Shown here: positions 41,120 to 58,844 of the stretch, one piece after another
Position numbering within the stretch: position 1 is the stretch's first letter
How the letters are laid out: each line of letters starts with the position of its first letter
From: the human T2T-CHM13v2.0 reference genome, Homo sapiens
Assembly (NCBI RefSeq): GCF_009914755.1
Contig: NC_060948.1
Reading direction: 5' to 3' (one strand)
Length of the DNA: 64,000 nucleotides
Position numbers and translations under genes: made by a program
The notes under the pieces: generated by a model
What the model saw: only the letters and a program-made list of their open reading frames with translations
Databases searched by the model: none
Told to the model about the DNA's origin: nothing

Positions 41120-42505
41120 GAAAAGCCCCAGTTATGAATGGGGCCCAGGGCGGGCCCCTCATGGCATTACCCAAAATCAGGTTCCCATCTTTATCAAACT
41201 TAGAGGGACGCTGATTAGCCCATTGTTTTCCTTTTTTGCATTTTGGACATAATTCAGGCTCAACAGTTTTCTTTTTTCCCCCATCTGGCAGCCTGATTCA
41301 CTGATTTTTTCTACATTCTTTTTTAGTATGACCATGCTTACCACAGTTAAAACAAACTCCAGGAAATGGAGTATTTCCTTTAACCACTCTCAGTTCTGCC
41401 ATTGCCTGGGCTAGCAAAGTAGCCTTATGCAGATTATCTCCAATACTGTCACAGACCTTGATATAATCAACTAAATGTGCTTTCCCTCAAATAGGTGACA
41501 GAGCAGTCTGGCAATCAGGATTAGCATTGTTGAAAGCTAGTAACTGCAATGCTATATTCTGAGAAGCCGAATCTGCAATCACATTTTTAAGAGACTCCTG
41601 TAACCAAGCTATAAAATCTGCATATGATTCTTTTGGTCTGTGTTTTACAGCACTAAAGTAAGGGTATTGTTCTCCACCTGAAGTGATTTTTTTTCCCAAG
41701 TTCTAATGTGCAATCCTTTAAGATATTCTATATAATCATCCTTCATGACCACTTGTGCATCTAAACCGGCCCAGCCGCCCACCCCCAAAAGTTGGTCTGC
41801 AGTTATATTAATTTGAGGTTGGGCCTGGGCATTGTGAGCAGTCTGAATGAAAGTTTAATCTGCCCACTGAGGTTTAAATTGTAAGAATTAAGCAACAGTT
41901 ACACAAGCTTGAGTAAGAGCATCCCAGTCAGTAGGAATCAGCCAACTGGAGACAGCAACATTCCACAACAGTCCCATTACAAAAAGAGAACCTGGTCCAT
42001 ATTGACTAATACCTTGTTTAAAATCTTTGAGTACCTGGTCCATATTGACTAATAGCTTGTTTAAAATCTTTGAGTAATTCAAAAGGGAAAGGCTCAAATG
42101 TAGCTATACTATGTTCCTGTTGATCTAGGGGGTGTATTCTAACAGGGAACTGCCAAGCCTCTAAATCCTCTAAATCACCCTCTCAGCTAGCTTGCTGAAT
42201 TTCTGCCTGAATAGAACTGAGAGTGGTCACTCAAGGCACTGCTCAAACAGCAATTGAGCAACTACATTTCACCCAGTGTCCTCCAGAAAAGGAAGATCTG
42301 GAGGGTCAGGCCACTCTTTTTCTTCAAAATAATGAGGAGGTGCAGAAGGGTAGGGATGAACCTCTTCCTCCTTTGCTACTTTAGCTTCAGCTGGCAAACA
42401 AAACTGCTCTGTTGCTTCTGTTACTTCATTATACTCTCCTTCCTCCTCATCATTAGTGTGAAAAGGTTTCAAGGTGGAATGAACCAGAGCCCACCCTTGT
42501 CCCAT
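41120..42505 (-). pseudogene. gag: HML-3 gag remnant
   Basis: MGQGWALVHSTL, PSAPP late-domain-like motif, PKESYADFIAWL (MHR), LAFNNANPDCQ, and two zinc knuckles near 41220-41350. Confidence 0.88.
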
Positions 42506-42635
42506 TGTTACCCTTGTGTTTCTGAGCTCCCCTTCTTACTCACTACAGGGATTGCTTTAAGAATACTTGGGTGTCCTCCAGCTTAGTACCACATTCTCCT
42601 ACCGTTACTCTGGTGACCCTTCAACCTGGGTTCAA

Positions 42636-42653
42636 GTCCCATGTTGGGTGCCT
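42636..42653 (-). promoter_or_regulatory. Primer-binding site, tRNA-Lys
   Basis: AGGCACCCAACATGGGAC versus canonical TGGCGCCCAACGTGGGGC, 2 nt from the LTR. Confidence 0.8.
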
Positions 42654-42655
42654 CT

Positions 42656-43143
42656 TACTGAGACCAGCTCAGTTGTGCAGACCTTAACTCAGTGGCACTA
42701 GAGGAATTAAAGAAACACACACAGTAATATAGGGTGTGGAATGGGAAATCAGAGGTCTCACAGCCTTCAGATCTGAGAGCCCTGAACAGAGATTTACCCA
42801 CATATTTATTGACAGCAAGTCACTCATAGATTTACTAAAAGTATTCCTTATGGGAAATAAAGGGATGGGCCAAAATAAAGGGATGAGCTCTGGCTACTTA
42901 TCTGCAGCATGAACATGTCCTTAAGGCACAGATCGCTCATGCTATCGTTAGTAGCTTAGGAATGCCTTTAAGCAATTTTCCACCCTGGGTGGGCCATGTG
43001 TTCCTTGTTCTCACCCCAGTAAACCCACAACCTTCAGTGTGGGTGTCATGGCCACCATGAACATGTCACAGTGCTGCAGAGATTTTGCTTATGGCCAGTT
43101 TTGGGGCCAGTTTATGGCCAGATTTGGGGGCCTGTTCCCAACA
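42656..43143 (-). mobile_element. 5' MER9 LTR
   Basis: TGTTGGGAACAGGCCCCCAAATCTGGCCATAAACTGGCCCCAAAACTGGCCATAA start; AATAAA present. Confidence 0.92.
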
Positions 43144-43436
43144 CACTCCTTCAGGACTTGGAGTATGAAATATGAGTGACACCCTCTCCAAGCATTTTCT
43201 GTGGCTTTTGGCCCTTATACAACTTCCAAGCAGTTGGGTCTGCCATACTAAAGTGTGAGACTCCAGTCCCCACCTCAATGGCTGAGAGTTGGCAGCTAAG
43301 AAAAGACAGCCACATTGGCTGATCACCTATCCCCAAATCAAAATTTCAGAGGTTTTAGTCATGACTTCTTGACACCTACTTCCTCTAGTCTCTCTGGTTA
43401 AGAACTAAACTTCTTGCATTAAATTTTGTGCTGCTA

Positions 43437-43738
43437 GCCAGATGCAGTGGCTCATGCCTGTAATCCCAGCACTTTGGAAGGCTGAGGCGGGCAGGTCACT
43501 TGAGGTCAGAAGTTGAACACCTTCCTGGCCAACATGGTGAAACGTCATCTCTACTAAAAATAATAAAAAAAAAATTATCCTTGCGTGGTGACACACACCT
43601 GTAATCCCAGCTACCAGGAAGTCTGAGGCAGAAGAATCACTTGAACTGGGAGGCAGGAGGTACCAGTGAGCTGAGATTGCACCACTCCACTCCAGCCTGG
43701 GTGACAAAAGTGAAACTCAGTCATAAATAAGTAGATAA
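43437..43738 (+). mobile_element. Alu (AluS-like) whose tail is split by the L1 and continues at ~49951-50000
   Basis: Full dimer ending directly at the L1 TSD. Confidence 0.92.
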
Positions 43739-44769
43739 GGGAGGCGGTTCCAAGATGGCCGAATACGAACAGCTCCAGTCTACAGCTCCCAGCATAAGTG
43801 ATGCATCAGATGGGTGATTTCTGCATTTCCAGCTGCGGTACCAGGTTCATCTCACTGGGGCTTGTTGGACAAGTGGGTGCAGGACAGTGGGTGCAGTGCA
43901 CTGAGAGTGAGCCAAAGCAGGGCAAGGCATCGCCTCACCTGGGAAGCAAAACAGGTCAGGGAATTCCCTTCCCTAGCCAAGCAAAGCTGTGACAGATGAC
44001 ACCTGGAAAATCAGATCATTCCCACCCTAATACTGCAAGTTTCCAATGGTCTTAGCAAATGGCACACCAGGAGATTATATCCCTTGCCTGGCTCAGAGGG
44101 TCCCAAGCTCCCAGAGCCTTGCTCATTGCTAGGACAGCAGTCTGAGATCGAACGGCAAGGTGGCAGTAAGGCTGAGGGAGGGGTGTCCACCTTTGCTGAG
44201 GCTTGAGTAAGTAAACAAAGCAGCCAGGAAGCTCAAACTGGGTGGAGCCCACCCCAGCTCAAGGAGGCCTGCCTGCCTCTGTAGACTCCACCTGTGGGAG
44301 CAGGGCATAGCCAAACAATAGGCAGCAGAAACCTCTGCAGACTTAAATGTCCCTGTCTGACAGCTTTGAAGAAAGTGGTGGTTCTCCCAGCATGGAGTTT
44401 GAGATCTGAGAATGGACAGACTGCCTCCTCAAGTGGTTCCCTGACCCCCCAAGTAGCCTAACTGGGAGGCACCTCCCAGTAGGGGCAGACTGACACCTCA
44501 CACGGCTGGGTACACTTCTGAAAGGAAACTTCCAGAGAAACAATCAGACAACAACATTTGCTGTTCAGCAATATTCGCTGATCTGCAGCCTCTGCTGCTG
44601 ATACCCAGGTAAACAGAGTCTGGAGTGGACCTCCAGCAAACTCCAACAGACCTGCAGCTGAGGATCCTGAGTGTTAGAAGGAAAACTAACAAACAGAAAG
44701 GACATCCACACCAAAACCCCATCCATACGTAACCATCATCAAAGACCAAAGATAGATAAAAACACAAAG
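43739..44769 (+). promoter_or_regulatory. L1 5'UTR internal promoter with a YY1 site
   Basis: CAAGATGGCC at 43751-43760. Most CpGs have decayed. Confidence 0.8.
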
Positions 44770-45778
44770 ATGGGGAAAAAACAGAACAGAATAATGAAAA
44801 TTCTAAAAATCAGAGCACCTCTCCTCCTCCAAAGGAATGCAGCTCCTCACCAGCAATGGAACAAAGCTAGACAGAGAATGACTTTGATGAGTTGAGAGAA
44901 GAAGGCTTCAGACGATCAAATTTCTCTGAGCTAAAGGAGGCAGTTTGAACCCATTGCAAACAAGTTAAAAATCTTGGAAAAAGATTAGACGAATGGCTTA
45001 ACTATAATAACCAATGCAGAGAATTCCTTAAAGGACATGATGGAGTGAAAACCATGGCACGAGAACTACGTGATGAATGCACAAGCTTCAGTAGCTGATT
45101 CGATCAACTGGAAGAAAGGTATTAGTGATTGAAGATCAAATGAATGAAATGAAGTGAGAAGAGAAGTTTAGAGAAAAAAAAGAATAAAATGAAATGAACA
45201 AAGCCTCCAAGAAATATGGGACTATGTGAAAAGACCAAATCTACATCTCACTGGAGCACCTGAAAGTGATGGGGAGAATGAAACCAGTTGGAAAACACTC
45301 TGCAGGATATTATCCAGAACTTCCCCAACTTAGCAAGGCAGGCCAACATTCAAATTCAGGAAATACAGAGAACACCACAAAGATACTCCTCGAGAAGAGC
45401 AACTCCAAGACACATACTTGTCAGATTCACCAAAGTTGAAATGAAGGAAAAAGTGTTAAGGGCAGCCAGAGGGAAAGGTCGGGTTACCCACAAAGGGAAG
45501 CCCAACAGACTAACAGCTGATCTCTCAGCAGAAACTCTACAAGCCAGAAGAGAGTAGGGGCCAATATTCAATGTTATTAAAGAAAAGAATTTTCAACCCA
45601 GATTTTCATATCCAGCAAAACTAGGCTTCATAAGTGAAGGAGAAACAAAATACTTTACAGTTTTTGTTGAGAGATTTTTGTCACCATCAGGCCTGCACTA
45701 CAAGAGCTCCTGAAGGAAGCACTAAACATGGAAAGGAACAACTGGTACCAGCCACTGAAAAAACATGGCAAAATATAA
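44770..45778 (+). pseudogene. L1 ORF1p, disrupted
   Basis: MGKKQNR start; ENTLQDIIQNFPNLARQANIQIQEIQRTPQRYSSRRATPRHI. Stops and frameshifts. Confidence 0.93.
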
Positions 45779-45841
45779 AGACCATCGATGCTAGGAAAAA
45801 ACTGCATCAACTAACAAGCAAAATAACCAGCTAACAACATA

Positions 45842-49691
<3,850 letters not shown>

Positions 49692-50399
49692 ACAATGAGA
49701 ACACTTGGACACAGGAAGGGGAACATCACACACCAGGGTCATTGTAGGGTGAGGGGAAGGGGGTGGGATACCATTAGGAGATATAGATAATGTAAATGAT
49801 GAGTTACATTTGCATTTACATTAGTTATGAGCACACCAACTTGGCACACGTATACATATGTAACAAACCTGCACGTTGTGCACATTTACCCTAGAACTTG
49901 AAAGTATAGTAAAAAAGTATATATATATATATATATAATAAATAAATAAAATAAATAAGTAGATAAATTAATAAATAAGTAAATCAATCAATCAATCAAT
50001 AATTGGTGATACTTAAAACATCTAAAAGTGGTTTCTATTTCCTCCACTAAATTTTAGATAATGCATCTTGTGTTTTACTTGGCAATATTTCATCTCTAGT
50101 GTTTTCTTTAAACATATCTATTCAACAACATTTAATTTAAATTGTAAAACTCTTATGACTTACATCTTATTTGTTATTGGCTACACAGTGCAGATTCAGG
50201 GACAATGGAGGAATGTTTGGCCTTTGCAAAATTATTTTGACAGAGTCCTACTGCAAGAGTGAGCCCTGTATTCTCAAGTAGAAACGAACCATGTTTCAGG
50301 ACTCTGATAAAACAATATCTGCCTCCCTTAGGAAACTGATGTTCTAATATTAAGAGTATATTTTATGGTATTAATCTGTTTTTTGAAACTATTTTTTGA

Positions 50400-50831
<432 letters not shown>

Positions 50832-51040
50832 AAGTGATCCTCCCACCCCAGCCTTCTGAGTATCTGTTACTACAAGAGTGTATGCACCACCATGACCAGC
50901 TAATTTTTGTTTAAATTTTTGGTAGAAATGAGGTCTTACTCTGTTGCCCAGGCTGTTCTCAAACTCCTGGCCACAAACAAACCTCCCACCTTGGCCTTTC
51001 AAAGTGCTGGGTTTACAGGCATAAGCTGCCACACCCAGCT
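50832..51040 (-). mobile_element. Partial Alu (AluJ-like) missing its 3' part
   Basis: AAGTGATCCTCCCACC...GTTGCCCAGGCTG...CACACCCAGC. Confidence 0.85.
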
Positions 51041-51352
51041 CCCTAAAAATATTCATGTTTACCCTGAACCTCAAATTGTGACCTTAGTTAGAATAGAGTC
51101 TGCAGATACAATCAACTCATTAATGTGAAATTGTACTGGCTTGAGATGTACCCTAACCCAATGAGTAGCATTCTCGTCAGAAGAGAGAAATTTGGACATA
51201 GAAACAGGCACAGAGGGAAAATAAGCTGAGATGCAGAGAAAAAGTCCATGTGAAAATGGGGCAGAGACAGGAGTGATGCAGCCACAAGCCAAGAGATGCC
51301 TGGAGCCACCAGGAGCTGAAAGAGGTTGGAAGGATCCTCCCCTATAGCCTCC
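51041..51352 (+). mobile_element. MLT1 (MaLR) LTR fragment
   Basis: GTGATGCAGCCACAAGCCAA..GCCACCAGGAGCTG..GGAAGGATCCTCCCCTA. Confidence 0.75.
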
Positions 51353-52289
51353 TAGTCTCCTTATTGTTATTACGTGGAGTCAGTAGCTGATCTTCCTTTT
51401 ATAAAGTTATACTATCTCTTATTTGCCATAAATTACAGTTACAGTATAGGTGATCCCAATTAGTTTGTTTTTAAGGAGCTGGTCAACAGAATAAAATATA
51501 ATACAGCTCACTTCTTTGATATATTCCTTCCTCCAAAAAAGGAGACACTTTTAATTAATTCCTTTTTGTCAGCATTTTTAAGTGGGTTTATAATTTTCAT
51601 TATAAAAAGTCTTGTAGTTAACATACAACATAATGCTAAGATACTTCTCAGGAATTTGAACATATTTGTCTTTCAAGATTCAAAGTATTGAGTAACAGAA
51701 AGTTATCTTAAAGAAAACTGAAGTCTCAGGTACCCAAGATGTGAATGCACTAAACAATATTACATTTCACTAAGTTTTTTTTGGTTTTTTTTTGGTTTGA
51801 AGGAGAGTGCTCCAAAAATGAATGCATGGAAAAAATGTAGTCGTAGAGACAAATATTGACAGTTGTCTCCCAGGACAAAGAGATGGTTGAGACCAGCTAC
51901 CAAGGACATCTTGTCAGGCTATGGGCACACATTCGTAAATGCATACACTATAAGATTAAAATCATCGCACATTTATATCCAATTCTTAAATGCAACTCTC
52001 TGTTCTGATTCTAGTATGCCGTTTCACTGATTTTATTTCAAAGAAGTTCAGGAACATGTTTTTATAAACCTAGTATGCATAGCCATCACTTGACAATTAA
52101 ATGTTTCATTCTAGATTAATAAGTGGGACATTCTATCTTCAAGGCTTTCAGTACTTAACAATTATCATCACTTGGAGACAGTGTAACTGTGAACCATCAA
52201 CTCTGAGGCTCTATAGAGATCAAATTTCTGGACTTGAAAATTCAAAGTCTGATCTGAGCCCCTGGTTAATTCTCCATGACCAATTCTAA

Positions 52290-52780
52290 ATTTTAATTTT
52301 AAGACATTATTCACACTTAACGGCAATGTCTTCCTAATTATCTGTATGAATTTGACTACTCTAAGTATGTCATATAAGTGCAATAAAACAGCATTCATTC
52401 TTTTGTGATTGAATTATTTCATTTAGCACAATATCTCCAGGCTTCATCCATGTTGCAGCAGGTGTCAGAATATCTTTTTTTCTTAAGGCTAAATAATATT
52501 ACATTGTATGAATGTGTCACATTTTCTTTATCCACTTATCTGTAAATGGATATTTACATAGTTTCCATACCGTAGTCATTGTGACTTGGACCCATACCTT
52601 ACACCACATATAAAAAGTAACTAAAAATAGCCTAAAGTATTAAATATTAAGACCTGAAATTATAAAACTCCTACAAGAAGAACATAGGGCAAAAAGCCCC
52701 TTGGTCTTAGCAATGATATCTTGGATATGACACCAAAAGCACAGGCAATGAAAGCAAAAATAGACAAGTGGGGTTTCATG
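52290..52780. mobile_element. Old L1M fragments: 3'UTR minus (~52290-52585) joined to ORF2 plus (~52586-52780)
   Basis: GCTTCATCCATGTTGCAGCA (minus), then CTTACACCACATATAAAA..GATATGACACCAAAAGCACAGGCAA (plus). Confidence 0.75.
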
Positions 52781-53097
52781 ATACATACATTTTTTGGACG
52801 AGTCAGGATGTTTCAAAACAAAAAGATAAGTACAATTAATATATGTATCATTTTTCTAATCAAATCCCTCTTTCCTAATCAGTGATTTATGCTGATATTG
52901 ACCAAAGCAAATCCTGAAATATGAAATCTATTTGGGTTCATTCACTCTTTGTTTCAGGGACCTAGGGAAGGAGATGTGGAAAAGGGTTTATTTAGGGCCA
53001 TAATGGTGTTAGCTGGGAGAGTGAATGTTTACATGCCTGAGTTTCCTATGCTGGCAGCTGAATCCTCCATAACAGAGGGTCCCAGTTGTGGCATTAT

Positions 53098-53121
53098 TGA
53101 GAGAGAGAAAGAGAGACAGAG

Positions 53122-53176
<55 letters not shown>
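53098..53176. repeat. (GA)n microsatellite
   Basis: Interrupted GA run followed by a perfect run. Confidence 0.95.
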
Positions 53177-53178
<2 letters not shown>

Positions 53179-53587
53179 ATCTTATCTGGGACTTTCTCAC
53201 ATCTTATGTGGGACTTTCTGAAACCAAAGAGCTTTCTTGGTTGCCTTTGGGGAAAAGCTGCTCTGTTTTTAACTGATTATCAGGGTTATTTCTTCAAGAG
53301 AGAACAGAGCCCCATGTAAGGACTGCAACATAGAACAGGCATCTGTACATCCTAACACTGTTAATGCCATGTAATGTTGAACACACCGAGGGAGACAGCT
53401 CCATGCAATAGTTCACCCACATTTCACCTATGCAAGGAGAAAAGTCAGTGTATACACCTCACTGTCATAGACATCTGCTTGAACATGAGGAAGATAAAAC
53501 AGCCCTGTTCCTGCATTTAGTTCATATGAATAGATCCTCATCTGTTGATAATTCAGCAATCTTGTTCTTTTTATTAGGTTTAAAAAT

Positions 53588-53623
<36 letters not shown>

Positions 53624-53654
53624 GACATACATGCACATACACACACATATTTTA

Positions 53655-53940
53655 ATTTTGAAACAGTCTGTCTGTGTTGCCCAGGCTGGAGGGCAGTGGC
53701 ACAATCTTGGCTCATTGAAACATCCATCTCCCGGGTTGAAGTGATTCTAATTCCTCAGCCTTCTGAGTAGCTGGGATTACAGGTGTGTGCCATCATATCC
53801 AGCTAATTTTTTTATTTTTAGTAGAGAAGGAGTTTCACCATGTTGGCCAGGTTGGTCACAAACTCCTGGCCTCTAGTGATCCACCAATCTTGGCACCCCC
53901 AAAGGGCTGGAATTACAGGTAAAGGAACTATGTGCCTGGC
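53655..53940 (-). mobile_element. Alu preceded by a (TA)n(CA)n tract (53588-53648)
   Basis: Dimer motifs. Confidence 0.88.
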
Positions 53941-53991
53941 ATAAAAATTATTTCTTATGTATTTTCTCCTTATTCCACATGTTATTTGACC

Positions 53992-55039
53992 TGTAGGGTG
54001 AAAGAGAAAACACTTCCTCTGTGTCCTCCAAAGGTTTCCCGAAAATGAACTGAGAATAGGCAGATTCATAGGAGAAAGGACATACTATGTTTATATAAAA
54101 TGCAGAAACAGAGAGGAATCCCAGGAGAATGATTACTCAATAAACCAATGAGGCCCATGTGCTTATACACCCTATTACATATGGGAAGGGAGAGATGGGA
54201 TCTGTGAAAGTAAACGATTTTCAGGGAAAAAGGATAAGCCCAAAGATCAATGGTCTGGAAGGAATTTCCTTTGACCTCTGGTTAGAGGAGCGAAGGTGAG
54301 GGGCAGAACTTCACTGTGAACAAAAGTTGTCTTATTATGCAGACAAAGTCTCCCAGGCAATATATTAGGGTTGCACTCAGAAGAATAGATGAAAAGCTTT
54401 CCTTTCTCCAGTGATTAAGTATTTCCTGGGTATTTGATAATATTCCTAGGGAAGAAAGTCGGAAACCATCATTCTCAGCAAACTATCACAAGGACAAAAA
54501 ACCAAACACTGCATTTTTAAATAAAAGTTTTCTAGAGAGTTCCACCTGGAGCTTTGGGAAGAAGGAGAATCAGAGAGATGAGCGTAGCAGAAAGTTAGAG
54601 AAAGACTTTGGTCTGCAGGCTTGTTTCTGAAATTGTTCTAATTCCTTTAATCCACAGCACTCAGCATGCCAAAGTGACCTTTTCTCTTTCTTTCTTTTTT
54701 TTTTTTTTTTTTTGAGACAGGTTCTTGCTCTATCATCCAGGATAGAGTGCAGTGGCACAGTCTCAGCTCACTGCAACATATTCTTCTCACGCTCAAGTGA
54801 TTCTCATGTCTCAGCCTCTGGAGCTGCTGCAATTACAGGCAAGGACCACCATGCCTGGCTAATTTTTTTGTAGTTTTTGTAGAGATGGGGATTCTCCATG
54901 TTGGCCATGCTGGTCTTGAACTGCTGACCTCAGTTGCTTTGTCCACCTTGGCATCCCAAAGTTCTGGGATTACAGGCATGAGCCACCATGGCTGGCCAAA
55001 AGTGCCATATTTGAGGGTATCACTTTTTTCACCACAACA
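53992..55039. mobile_element. ERV1-type solo LTR (family unresolved), interrupted by an L1 fragment and an Alu
   Basis: TGTAGGG...CAACA termini; CAGCATGCCAAAGTG..CATATTTGAGGGTATCA motif typical of MER4-group LTR ends. Confidence 0.55.
54680..54997 (-). mobile_element. Alu (AluS-like)
   Basis: Poly-T plus dimer. AAAGTG repeated on both sides. Confidence 0.9.
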
Positions 55040-56316
55040 GACCACTTTTAAAAATTGTAGAAATTCAGCTGGAGTTTATTCATTTATACTTCCATAACAT
55101 AAATTCCACACCATATTTTAACACATGGAAGTGCTGACTCATAGAATCACATGGTGGTTAGCATTTTTACATTTTAGTATTTAGACATTTCTTAAGGTGT
55201 ATGTAAGGTTCACTTAGCTTTATTTTAATTAATTAAGATTCAAATGAAAGATTGAGGCAGGGCTTTTGGGATATGAAGGCTGGAATCAACAAGCAGGGAG
55301 AGATAGCATATAACAAAAAAATAAGAGAAGATTCTGATGTGAGAAGAGTGAAAAATTTAGAGAAAACATGAACCTTTAATCTACAAGTAGTAATGATAGA
55401 TAATGCAGGATTTTCAAAACTTACAAATGAGATTTTTTTCCGTAAGAATTCAAAGCATAAAACTCAAAGGATAACTATGTCAGTGAACTTTAATGTATTC
55501 TTACAGCCATGAGTATAAATTTTCCTTTTCATATTTTTCTTATTTATTTACTTAAATGAAAAGCATTCTTTATAGCTCTTAGTAGGGACTTTATAAATTA
55601 ATTCCTATTTTAAAAATATTTAACTTATTTTTCCTGCAGGAAAATTAATTTCCTCTTTCTCCTCATGCATATAAAATCATCTGCTTTCCTTAAAAAACAT
55701 CCATTAATAACTGATTTCATTTTGCGACATCCCAGTCTTTCCTTTATTCTACCTCTAAATAAACCTCCATTTTTCTTTCCTAATGAGAAACCTCCATTTC
55801 TTTTCTGTATCTATCAACTCTCTACACCCTATCATATAGCATCCTTTTCCTCTGTGGCCTAATATCAACATTTTTAACACATTTGGCACAAAACACATAA
55901 CATCTTCTCATCTTTTCTTATATATTTGCCTTTTCATGCCATGAAAACATCACTCTTTATTAGTAAGATCTCACTGTAACATTTACATACTTTTGATGTG
56001 CAGACAGACACTTCATATTTTCTGCCACTAGGACAAATTTGAAGAAAATATTCTTCCCTTTTTGGGTGATGTTGCTAATAAAGATTAAGTATCAAAATAA
56101 ATACACTTTAAACTCCATAAAAATGCATTCATCCACAAATATCGTTCTACTAAAAATTTATATGAAGGAAATGCATCTAGATACTGTTAGTATATGAACA
56201 ATTAATATCTTTGTTGAAGTGCATACATTGATGGTTCTTTCCAAATGAACCAATGCAAAGTAATACCTCTACACCACATAATTAGCTGTTTCTAAGTAAT
56301 TACATTATTCATTCAT

Positions 56317-56660
56317 TGATATGGTTTGGCTCTGTGTCCCCACCCAAATCTCACCTCCAGTTGTAATCCCCACATGTAATGGGAGGGAGGCGATTACTTT
56401 GTTGCAGTCATTTCCCCCATGCTGTTGTGAGATACTGAGTGAATTTTAATGAGGTCTGATGATTTTATATGGCAATTTTCCCTTCTGTTGCTACTTTCTC
56501 CTCCTGCCATGTAAAATGTGCCTGCTTTCCCTTCCACAAGATTGTAAGTTTCTTGTGGCCTCCCCATCCATGTTGCAGAAATGTGATGCAATTAGACCTC
56601 TTTCCTTTAAAAATTACCTAGTCCCGGGAAGTATCTTTATAGCAATACAGTCATCAACTT
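56317..56660 (+). mobile_element. MST/THE1 (MaLR) solo LTR
   Basis: TGATATGGTTTGGCTCTGTGTCCCCACCCAAATCTCA start; CTTTATAGCA near the end. Confidence 0.85.
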
Positions 56661-58057
56661 AAACAAAAGATGGTGGTGTAAGTTAACATCTTAATGAGTC
56701 TGAAAATAACACAACAATAAAATATTAGAGAATATTAGGGAAATGGTATCCTGAGTTAAAAATTCAATAATAGACATGCATTGCATGTCTGTATCAACAT
56801 ATCTCATGAAACATATAAATATATAAACCTATTATGTTCCCACAAAAAGAAAAAAATTAAGAAAAATTCAATTACCTATCTTTGTCCTTTCTAAACCTCA
56901 GCTAATACACCAGTACTAATGTCTGCAATGTGAAATAATACTTTGGGAAAAAGAATTCTGAATCAGGTGGGGTATTTCCTGAGCTCATTTGTACAAATGT
57001 GTCATTTCCCCAAATTTTATGTATTCTGGGCATGAAATGAACAGAGAAGCACTCTAGTTTATCCCCCAAATTTGCTTCAATGTATTGCTAATGAAGATCC
57101 ATTATTCAGCTCTCAATTTAAATAATTATGCACACACACTTACTTTTCCTAGTTAAGAATAATTATTGCTGATTTATATGTAAGGGGGAAAGGATTGTTA
57201 TCCTGGAATTGTCAGTACCTGAATTTTAACTCAAAAGAATAAAGAACAGGTTGTGAAGAACTGCCACCCCAAGGCCTTTGATGAACACTCTCCATTTCCT
57301 AGCTCTGATATCTTGGCCTCATGAATTTCACCATCATTAAATGTTTATTGACATATCTCCATAAGAGAATTTGCAGAGCTTCTAAGGTCTTTAATATTTA
57401 CATTAATAATTCCAACTATTAATAATTTTCTTTTTCTCATTATTTGGATTACATAGTTAACACTTTTTAAACACTATTACTGGAAGCAAATGGACAAACA
57501 AGAAACATTGGATTATTATTTTGGTTTTCTCAAGCATAGCCCCAGGTCTTAGAATGGAGGGCAGAGTGTCTAATCTCTCAAGGATACTAACAGTGAACTA
57601 GTCAAGACTGTAAGCTCCAGGATCATTCACATGAAAATTTTCTATGTAACAAAGCCAAGGGGAGGACATGCTAACCAAGCATTGTGATGATTCCCTCTAG
57701 AGCTACTCCTCCAAATAGGGACTCTCTTTAGAGTTAGCACATTTGTAGGACAGACCCCTCTAACTTAATGGTAGTGAGAATAAGTCTCATTCAGAAACGT
57801 ATGGGGCACACCCTGAGAAAGAAGGCTGAGGCAGTAAGAGGACACAGTAGGAAAGGGAGAACTATGGTAGTGTAGAAACCTTTCAACCAGAGAAACCATA
57901 TGGCCAACAGAAAGCATATGACACTGGAATCCAGATGAAAATTTGAACCGTGGTTCCACCATTTAATGGCCCCATGAGCATGAGATAATTGCATCACCAC
58001 TGAAAAATAATGAACATTTCTGACTTTATATGCCCCAGGCACTGCTTATTAATCCTT

Positions 58058-58664
58058 TGTAAAGAAAAAATAAAATTCTGAGCCCCTCCATCATCTGAAC
58101 AGACCCCTCCTCTCAGCAAGGGCATTCCAAAGTTAGCCTGAAAAACTAGTTCAGATCATGATGGGAAGTAGGGCTCAGAAATGCCTCATTATATCCTCAT
58201 TCTCTTTGGAATTCTGGAAAAGCTGACCAGCATTAACTTAAACACAGCCCTAAAGTCTGATAAGAAACATTTACAATATGTTCCCTCTGAAGCCTGCTAC
58301 CTGGAGGCCTCCTCTGCATGGTAAAACCTTGCTCCACAACCCCTTATCATAACCCAGATCTCTGTTGATTCCAGGTCTTTAGATAATAACTGTTTCAACC
58401 AACTGCCAATCAGGAAATCTTTAAATCTACCTATGACCTGCTTTGAGACATCCTGACTTTCCAGGTTGAACCAACATACACCTTACATGTATTGATTTGT
58501 ATATTATGTCACCCTAAAATATATAAAAGGAAGGTGTACTATGATCATCTGAAGCACCCAGCATCCAGACCTCCTGAAGCTATGTCACAGGCATGTGCCT
58601 AATATTGGGAAAAGTAAACTTTCTAAATTGATTGAGACCTGTTTCAGATACTTTTGGTTTCAGA
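58058..58664 (+). mobile_element. MER4-family solo LTR
   Basis: TGTAAA..AATAAAATTCTGAGCCCC..ATCTGAACAGACCCCTCC start; TAAATTGATTGAGAC..TTTTGGTTT end. Possible CCTT TSD. Confidence 0.8.
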
Positions 58665-58844
58665 CCTTTAACTCTCAAGATAATCACCCATGAAATGTGC
58701 AGAAAGGAGCAGAGTAAATTCTTCATAAAAAGAAGTGTCTTTGATTTATTACAGGTATACCTTGAAAAATGTATCATGGGGAGAGGAAAAGATGTTCTTC
58801 CCCCAGTGGAGGGAAAGAAGTAGTTCAGTTACTGCCATGTAGAT

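Noticed and set aside
42620-42653. tRNA-like GGTTCAAGTCCC T-loop motif
   Set aside because: It is the complement of the tRNA-Lys primer-binding region of the provirus. There is no full cloverleaf or A box.
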